Assembly: GCA_002269645.1 (NCBI GenBank)
Contig: NIVC01001730.1
Span: 180,924-244,923, forward strand
Direction of reading: 5' to 3'
Source: Macrostomum lignano
Lineage: Eukaryota
Length of the DNA: 64,000 bases
Positions 55,625 through 64,000 of this stretch are shown in pieces. Each line of letters starts with the position of its first letter. The stretch's first letter is position 1. The notes beneath the pieces were generated by a model, which ran no database searches, was not told where the DNA came from, and was given only the letters and a program-made list of their open reading frames with translations. The translations under genes were made by a program, and so were the position numbers.

Positions 55625-58365
55625 TTTGATTGCGGACTTTCCGAACAACCCTCATATTTGACATATATCAAGTTACTAGCAAGTTCAATATTATATAATA
55701 ATTGTTTTTCCTTCTATCATTATTGTTGTACACTAGGCCTACACATTTAACAAATAAAAATATTAGCAATAATAGATAGAATAGTGTAAATATTAGATGC
55801 TAATTAGGCTTAATCTCGAATCTTGATTGAATCCTGATTATCTTGAAAGTATACATCTTACATCTCGATAATCTCGAAAATACCCCTACAGTGGCCTACT
55901 TCCTATCCTAATATACATTTTTCATACTATTCTAGAAGTGTCAGATTACTATCATAGCTATCATAGCATGTAAAACTAGCATTTTAATATATATATTGTT
56001 CACAAAAAACTTAACATGATGCGGTCATACATTAGACCTAAATTACCGCACCTAGCCTAGTTAGCTTAGTCAGGCAACAGGCAACTTAGGTTTAGATGTA
56101 GACCCGCTTAGTTACGCCTAGTTGTACTATTGAACAAATGCAGCAGTCAGCAGTGCGTAGATGTTACTTTATCTCATTCCTGGATTTTTATATATCTTAT
56201 TATAGGTTTATTAAATCTTCTAAAGCTTAAAGCTTGTAAAAAGCTTTTGTTCTGTGAATTTGAGCGAACAGCAGTTGTAGTTGGTTGCCAATTGCCAGAG
56301 CTTCGCGCGCATATATTCAGCAATGTTTAGCTTTGAATTATATGCAGAAATATAAAAATAATAACATTGACTTATTTGTTCGAATTTTTTTAACTTAAAC
56401 ATAAAAAATGCTGATTAATTCATTTAAAGTCATGGTTTGACGAAAATAGGCCTGCATTTTTTATGTTTTGTTATGTTACACCAAAATTTTTACTAAATTT
56501 TCAGGGGCGCATAGCTGTCTGGAAAACTTGACGGCCGTGCACCGTGAGCTTTCTGTGTGAGCTTGCGTGTCATTCATGCCATATGATTCCTGATTAAAGT
56601 TCTAATGTGTGCGCTTAAAGAGCTCACACAGAAAGGTCACACAACCCTCAAATTTCCCGGCGGGGACACTGGGGACTTTACAAGGCACACAGTGTAAAGT
56701 CCCTGTGCGTACATGCATGACTGTGCACGTATCTAATATGATCATCGAATCTGCATGTTGACGTCTACAGATCTGCAGATAACGCCTCTATCGCCAGTTG
56801 TGCGACACCCGCTTAAAGTCGCCAGGATATATGCACACAAGCCCAGCCCTGACTTGACAACTAAACAAAATCCCCCCCCCCCAACAGACTGCTGCAGCAG
56901 GTGGGAATAAATGTATGTATAGCCCTATCTTTAAAGGCAGTGCATGATGACAAGCCTAGTAATGGTAGAGTTTGCATGGTACATCAGAATTATTTCCTAA
57001 ATGTATTATCTTTAGTATTTTATGAATTTAATCCTCAGTTAAGTAGGAGGAACATACGCAATGTACATTGCGTATATCTGTCGCTATAATTCAAGCTGAT
57101 CATATAACAATAATACTTTATTTTTTGAGTTTTTACAGAGAAATTAATACAAGTTACAAATAACAAATGCATAAAAAATACTAGCTCTAAGTGTTTGAGA
57201 ATGACCCATACAATGACCTATTGCTGACCTGACTAGCTGGGGGGGCAGTTCAAGAATAAAGCATTTTAGTCTCCATATAGTATATTTATAATCACAACTG
57301 CTGAAAAAACGAATAACTTTTGACCGTTCCGTAGATTGTCTCTAATGAAAACTGCAGTTGTCTCCAAATTACATGTATCTGATTGATCGCTACGGTTCAA
57401 TTATGCAATCAAATAGAAACTCTTTCTGAGGTTCTTTTTAAGCTACTTGTAAATCCAGGCACCTGTCTGACTGGGCATTACACTGGTAGAAGATTGATAA
57501 TGAGTCATAATAATATAAAGTCACTTTAACGTTTTTTATTTTTTGTTGTGAATGCCAAGAAACACCATTAAACTATAGTGCATTCCGTGATTATATAATG
57601 CTGGCAAATTCTACATATTTTGATATCTCTTTTTAATTGAAATTTCTAATGCAAACTGTAGCAAGTCGACCTGCAGCGTTTCAGTGAAAATTTGCTGTCT
57701 ATAGCTGCTAGATCGGTGCAGAAGACCGAAGCCCACACACTGCACAGCTGGTACGGGAAATGCTGCTTCTTCTTCTACACAGCTCCCGCGACGCCGGGGA
57801 CTGGGCGGTCCTGAGGGCACCCCACCTTCCGGAGAAAACGGCAGACCGAGTTCGCGTCGTCAAGGTCGAGGGGGGAATGCTGCTGCTGCTGCTGCTGATG
57901 CTTTTGATAACCAGCGAGGACAGGCGCGCATTCGGTGCGGTCTACATCGGCTCCATCCGCACTTTGAGAGTCGTTACCGAGCTACATGTATTTTCGGATA
58001 CTGACCTACGACCTCTTGCAAGTAGGAAAAAACACATTTAAGCTGATGGACACTGATGGATGCCCTGGAGAAGCAGCTGGACCCGCGCACTCTGCGATGC
58101 TGCGCTCTGCGTTTCGACGCAAACGACGCGCTTCCCCCAGCTGCCTCTGAGGGATGCGAGAGTCCCCAGTTCTGACTCTGACTGGAGAAGCTGGATTTTT
58201 GAAAAGTGCAGCCCAAAAGCGTGTGTTCTGACACCTCCCCCTCGGCGACCACTCGTGGCCGGCGCGGGGTGTATTTTGTTGTTGTTGCAAGCTGATATAA
58301 ATAATAAAATGTAAATTAATATTGATATAATTTCAAATTGCGTATATGAATCAACAGGAAAGGTT

Positions 58366-58371
58366 TTTATT
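58366..58371 (-). promoter_or_regulatory. Probable MANEA polyadenylation signal (AATAAA on - strand)
   Basis: TTTATT on the + strand, about 67 nt beyond the MANEA stop codon. Confidence 0.5.
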
Positions 58372-58437
58372 AAAATCAGACTAGATCGCATTAAAGATCG
58401 CTAATAGGGTTGCATACAGTAACTCAAACACAGATAT

Positions 58438-60825
58438 TTACAAGCCTGCACTCGTATCCGGTTTAAACAGAGCAGCGTACTGGGCAGTGAGGTCCAAATA
58501 GTGGTCCCGCTTGCGCGGCGTATAGTCCAGATAGCCGTACCGAGGCGCCGCCGGCTCAATCTGGGTGCCCTCGTGCCATTCGTTGAAGCTGGTGATGCTC
58601 AAGAAGACCGGCCGGGCGGCGATGGCCGTGCGAAGGCCATCAGTGTAGTAGCGACCGCCCTCGCGCTGCCTGGTGTTCTCGGCGTTCCAGGGCCGCACAG
58701 CCGTATCGATGTAACCGGGCCCGATGCTGGGCGCGAATGCGACTCCCGCGGTTGAGCACTGCCTGCTCATCGCGGCCCAGTTCGACCTGTTTTTGGACAA
58801 GTTAAGACGACTATTCACGTATTATTTAAGCTTTTTTGGCATTTGTGCAAATATTGTTTCATATTTGTTGCTAGTAGTATGCAACTCAATGTGCACAGCT
58901 AGCCAATGAAAGGCTGGGAGTAGACGAAGTACATGTACAATGCAAATGTAGCTGCTGTAGGTTGCTCCTGCGGCCGCCCCTCCGCAGCCCCTGATGCCGG
59001 CCCTGATGCCGCCCCTCCGCCGCCCCTGCTGCCGGCCCTCCGCCGCCCCTGCTGCCGCCCCTGATGCCGGCCCTGATGCCACCCCTGATGCCGCCCCTCC
59101 GCCGCCCCTGATGCCACCCCTGATGCCGCCCCTGATGCCACCCCTGATGCCGCCCCTCCGCCGCCCCTGATGCCGGCCCTCCGCCGCCCCTGCTGCCGCC
59201 CCTGATGCCGGCCCTGATGCCGGCCCTCCGCCGCCCCTGCTGCCGCCCCTGATGCCACCCCTGATGCCGGCCCTCCGCCGCCCCTGCTGCCGCCCCTGAT
59301 GCCGGCCCTGATGCCGCCCCTCCGCCGCCCCTGATGCCTTCCCTGATGCCGGCCCTCCGCCGCCCCTGATGCCGGCCCTGATGCCGCCCCTCCGCCGCCC
59401 CTGATACCGGCCCTCCGCCGCCCCTGCTGCCGCCCCTGATGCCGGCCCTGATGCCGGCCCTGATGCCGGCCCTGATGCCGGCCCTCCGCCGGCCCTGCTG
59501 CCGTCCCTGATGCCACCCCTGATGCCGCCCCTCTGGATACCCTGACATTGTGCCATTTTAGAAACTATTTTAACTCCCTAATCCGAATAGACACATTTGA
59601 TTTAGTAAATAAATCAAATATTTAGACTGCAAAACATTTTCCACAACACCCTAACCTAGTAGAAGCCTGCGTGAAGCCGTCAGCAGCAAAATAAGTATAC
59701 GCTCCATCGAAGCCGCTCTCTTTAATTGTTTGACAATCGCCAATCGACATAGCCAAGCCGAACATCAGGGCGTCCTCTGACTTGCCGCGGATGCTGGCAG
59801 ATCCGCCGAGACCGCCGCCAAGTAGCAGCGGGCGCCAGAGACTGCGCGGAATCCGATAGCTATCGTAGATATAGTGCACCGGCAGCCAGCGACCGTCGCG
59901 GGTCCGTTCTCGATAGAAAGCCGGATGCCTGGATGCAATAAATAAATAACATTAGCGCTTTATACTACTGATCTGGCGATATTAAGTAGGTGAGTAGGGA
60001 ATCTATGCAAGAATATGACTAAAAAAGATGTTGCTATTCAGAAGCAAGCACCCAGCAAGCAGTGGCGCGCTTGTCTGCCCGCCCCATCAATCCAGAATCC
60101 TCTGGTGAAACCGGTGAAAATAGGTCATGTTACCTGTATAAGATAATATTGATTTACAAACCTGGCATGAGTAGCGGCTATGTAGCGCAGATGACGGCGC
60201 AGATTAGCAGGCGACCTGCCCGCATAGGGTTCAATATGCAGAGCCAAGCGCAATTGGAATTCCCGAGCAGCCGACAGCAGCATTGGAACCAGCCGATCAA
60301 CCGGTCGACCATTGCCATCCGCCATGCCGGGCGGATACCAGGACACAACCACAGTACCAGCGCCCGACCGTCTGATCTGGGCAAAGTGGCGGCGTACAAC
60401 ACTGATATTGGCGCTAGAATAGGGACCCAGTTCCGGGTAAAATTGGCGCCAATGTCGCCAGGTGGCGTATGGCCGGCTTGGCTAAATTTTCGCGCCCGTT
60501 CAGCGTTCCAGTGCGGCAGGCGGCTGTGATTCCAGTGCAGCCAGGCGCCATCAGTGCCGGGCTCGCCGTACCAGGCGTAATAAAATATGTGCACACGATA
60601 GTTGGGCAGCGACGGCCCATTCTGATTGGCTGCCGGGGTAAGACTGGAAACAACCATCCCATCCTTCGCCTGGGCAGCCGGCGTCTCCGATTGGCTAGGA
60701 GGAGGAGGAGGCTGGGGAAAGCTACCAGCGAGCCAGATTATGCAGCCAATCAGAGCGGTCAGAGCCAAGCAGCGAGCCAATAAGCGCCGTTTCAACAGCA
60801 CGCGACGCAAGATTGGGGGTAACAA
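58438..60825 (-). CDS. MANEA: Glycoprotein endo-alpha-1,2-mannosidase (GH99), type II membrane protein; 3 exons; apparent 1-nt deletion at 60439-60442
   Basis: Exons 60825-60162, 59928-59656, 58786-58438. Motifs VHIFYYAWYG, DIGANF(YPELG), SWYPP, HIEPY, HPAFY, YIYDSY, GFDGAYTYFA, PSIGPGYIDT, SITSFNEWHEGTQIE (catalytic Glu pair retained). Adding one base to the A4 run restores GANFYPELG and makes the splice phases fit (1287 nt, 428 aa). Confidence 0.9.
58975..59535. repeat. GC-rich degenerate ~12-bp tandem repeat, MANEA intron 2
   Basis: Mixed CCCTGATGCCGG, CCCTCCGCCGCC and CCTGCTGCCGCC units. Confidence 0.92.
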
Positions 60826-61328
60826 TGCCTGGAGTTGGGCGAACGGGAGACAATAATTAAGGTAATCTAGTAAAGCTTAGATTTCAATAGCTAACTACAA
60901 TATTTTATTGACAGCCATATAGATAGAAATATCGATTTTTTAAGACGCTTGTTGGTAGATCTAACAGTTTGTAAAATGCTTTTTTGTTTGTTTTGCCTGC
61001 TCCACCTCGAAATTTATACAGTTTTAGGCGCATCAAATAGTTATTTAACACATGCATAAATGCATATTTGCACGAGGGCTGTGGGCACCCTGGCGAAACG
61101 CTTACGGACGGGGGGGAATGCTGAGATTTCAAGGCTTACTGGAAGCGTGGGTACATTATATACGCGTAATATTTTCATTATATCATTTTCAATGCTGAAA
61201 ATCTTCAAGGTTTGGTTAAAAATCATAGTATTTTAGGCAGTAGGTTTTGTTTGCCTTTGGAAATTTTATCTGTTGTGTGTAAATAAAAAGATTGACTGAT
61301 ACTTTCAGTTCAGTAGCAAAGAAAAATA

Positions 61329-61682
61329 TATAAAAAAAAGCAGCTGAAATGACTTTGATAAGTTTAGAAGCCCAATCTTGCAGGCGTAAACAACTTGCTA
61401 ATTGGTTCTGCAGTAATGTACATTAGCCAGTCCACTGAAATGTACATGGCAGCTTTTAGGCTGGAATTCCGAGAAAGGCAATAAAAATTGGGGCGGGGCG
61501 GGGGGTAGTGTGGAAAGGCGCGGTTGGAGGGTTTAAGCTGGTGGGTAAGAGCCAATAAATGAGCCTTGGCTTTAAAAATACATTAAAATGCTTTCTGTTT
61601 AACTTACTACTTGAACTGAAAGTACGAGTAGCTTGCACGCAAATGTGCTGAGTGGCCCGTCTAGTTACTCTAGTATCTATGG
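61329..61682 (-). repeat. Dispersed ~350-bp repeat, copy 2 (inverted)
   Basis: Reverse complement of 38928-39274, with scattered substitutions and indels. Confidence 0.85.
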
Positions 61683-62649
61683 TATTGTGTGGGATTCCTG
61701 GCAGTACCTAAACTTCACAGACATCATTATTCGCTAACATTCTGGCAACTAGCTAATATGAGCGTAATATTAAAAAAATTCGAAACTTCCAATTTAATCA
61801 TTATCTTGTGAAGACATTATAATAATAATAATACTAATAATAGCATTGACTGCGCAATATATTTGAATTGAATGAAAGTCACAGCAGCAGCAGTATTAAT
61901 AAGGCAGCAGTATGCTCGTAGCAACAAATTTGAACAATACTTTGCGTACATGCATACAAGTGCACAGGTATTGATCATGTCTGGGTTACAGGTGCTGCAG
62001 TCACTATTGAAAGACGGCACTATTAGCTTACAATATCAGTGATAAAGTAATACTACATGTAAACTTCATACTATACGTATTGCATTTTCAGATGGAAAAT
62101 CATTCGGTATAACTCAAAGCCGGTGCAAGCATCCTCACCATAGACTACTTAAGCTTCCCAGACAGTAAAGTAGTCACAGAAAAGAGCATTATTAACTAAT
62201 TTCGGTACAAAACTTTGAGCAATCTTGTTTTGTAATCATTTTATCAGAGAAAAATAAGAATAACAAATAATTGAAAGAGAAAATTTAATTAGCGAAAAGC
62301 GCGCAACTAAGCAAAAAAATACAATGCTTTGCATACATAAGCTGTCTGTCTGGTTTGAACATCATAATAAAAATATCCAGCTCAAAGAACGGCACACACA
62401 ACTTATTATTCACAATCCATCTCTTAGCACTCTGACACCAGAAGTGGTGCGCTTGTCATACAAACTTTCAGGTCGGTCAGGTTATAGATGTAGATATAAA
62501 CATTTGCAGGAGGGCTGCGGGGCACCCTCACGCAATGCCTTCAGCGACATTGTCAAACAACCAGCGCTGAGGCAGTGTTCGGCGCGGGTGGGGGTATGCA
62601 ATTTTTCGCGCCTTGTGTAAATTTTCGCGCCTATGAGTTCTCTACTATA

Positions 62650-63124
62650 AAACCTAGCGTAGGTGCAGTGGCGGAACAAGGAGCTTAACTTGACAAGTCC
62701 GCGCGCCGAATGAATGATGATCCGAATGATGCCGAATGAACCACAGGGCCCTGCTTGGACTCAACCGCAGGAACATCAGGACGGGTGATCATGGCTGTTT
62801 CGCTAGGCATCGCTATCTCCAGGAAAAAACCCGTAGCGAGGAATGCTCCTTCTGCCTCTCCGGTGTCGAGATTGCGGAGAATTTCATCTGTGACTGCCCC
62901 GCCGTCTTTACTCAGGACAGGTTCACCTACCTCGGCCCTAACCCGGACCTCTCCAGACGTTTTCAGGCCCGAGAATCTCTGCCAGCTCGTCCGTTAAGGC
63001 TCTAACGGGCGAGCGACCACCCACCTGGACTCTCCGGAGGCCAGCCGCCCGTGGTTGCCAGGGCTATCCGGATGCCCGGATGTCAATCAGACGAATGTTT
63101 CAGTTTATGAATAACTAAAAAAAT
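62650..63124 (+). mobile_element. 5'-truncated non-LTR retrotransposon (I/LOA/R1-like) 3' end
   Basis: LLGLNRRNIRTGDHGCFARHRYL..CSFCLSGVEIAENFICDCPA..DRFTYLG resembles the ORF2 C-terminal zinc-knuckle region (C-X2-C..H..C, here with H replaced by N). It is followed by a 3' UTR-like stretch and an A run at 63117-63124. Confidence 0.7.
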
Positions 63125-63328
63125 TCTAGGCAAACCACAAAGCTTGTGAGTGAATGAACTAGCTAGCACAATGAACAGGCAAAGCGTGTCTGAGATCGCA
63201 GCAAACAATTGAACTACAGGCTATAAGAATCTGTTGCTATCTAACATATTCGTTAGGCAGGGCGCTCCGTTCTAGTTGATCAAAGTCGACGCCCGGTATG
63301 CTGAAGTGATTAGCCAAATCCGTATCGT

Positions 63329-63707
63329 TCAGCCCGTAGCCAAACACCTTTTATCGCACGAATAGGCCGACACGTTGAAATCGTAGGCCCTGCCTAGCAC
63401 TACGTTCAGCGCCGACGTGTCGTACAGGTGGCAGCCGCTGTAACGAAAGTAGGCGGATGTCACGAATCGGCAACCGCTGCGAGCACTACGAAGGGCCGGC
63501 CCGACCCAGCGGGCAGCCAGCACGCTGGTCGGAGGCGCACCGGGACCAGGGCAACAGGAGGCGCCGGTGGACGAACGGCGAGGCGGCGAGGACAAGATGA
63601 GCGGCAGACACCATCCGGTGCAGGCGATAGTCGTGCAGACTAGCGTTGAGCAGCTCGAAGGTCTGCGGATGCGTGAACGCCGTAGTTGGCGGTGGAAACG
63701 ACCAGGC
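63329..63707 (-). CDS. Terminal exon of a DUF1647-like (putative glycosyltransferase-related) gene whose 5' part lies beyond the window; two apparent 1-nt deletions
   Basis: Pyrimidine-rich acceptor CCCCTTCCAG before 63707. Peptides TAFTHPQTFELL, RMVSAAHLVL, LLLPWSRCASD, (P)ACWLPAGS and GCHLYDTSALNVVL resemble recalled DUF1647 motifs (THP..M; PWV.CAL..CI.P.GS; CHRYDQSALN) but are spread over three frames. Confidence 0.55.
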
Positions 63708-64000
63708 CTGGAAGGGGAGGAGGGAGTGAATGAAAGGTTTCATTAATATCTTCTTGTAATACGGCAAAATAATTTATAGTTTCACTTCGGTCACGTTGGA
63801 AAGGGGCAGAGCAGTGCGGGAGCACGAGAATTTCCCGCAGGAAGTTTTCCGCGAGGTTTACAGGCGTGAGCTTTTCTTACAGGAGGGGTTTCCAGTCGGA
63901 ATTTCAAGTCAAATCCAATCTTTTTAAAATATTAGATTAGACTAGATATAGAACTAGACTAGAATAAATAGATAGATTATAACTAGACTAGAATAAAATA

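Noticed and set aside
58822-59556. Gly/Arg-rich RGG-like ORFs
   Set aside because: All three frames of a GC-rich repeat inside MANEA intron 2.
60439-60442. Programmed ribosomal frameshift in MANEA
   Set aside because: There is no clear slippery heptamer or stimulatory structure, GH99 genes are not known for recoding, and a homopolymer deletion is simpler given similar errors nearby.

Overview
Eukaryotic (metazoan) genomic DNA: GC-rich exons, AT-rich spacers and an unusual density of intronic minisatellites. This texture is consistent with a flatworm such as Macrostomum, but that is an inference. By hand-checking splice phases I rebuilt: (1) a 12-exon Ig-domain receptor tyrosine kinase, FGFR-like, + strand 2092-18735, about 915 aa; (2) two intronless PP1-like genes (22291-23469, 26762-27943) that lack several catalytic and metal-binding residues and share a near-identical 780-bp central tract; (3) a 6-exon Slob/PXK-type pseudokinase with an N-terminal membrane anchor, polyproline and a C-terminal WH2 motif, + strand 31961-37610; (4) a 4-exon HIPK, - strand 50473-41210; (5) a 3-exon GH99 endo-alpha-mannosidase (MANEA), - strand 60825-58438, with an apparent 1-nt homopolymer deletion; (6) the terminal exon of a DUF1647-like gene near the right edge. 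Transposon relics include Tc1-like, mariner, hAT, Crypton-like, LINE and MITE elements, and there are about 20 tandem arrays. Most very long ORFs in the track are repeat artefacts. The best novelty candidates are the PPP pseudophosphatase pair, the membrane-anchored WH2 pseudokinase, and minisatellites built from or hugging splice sites.
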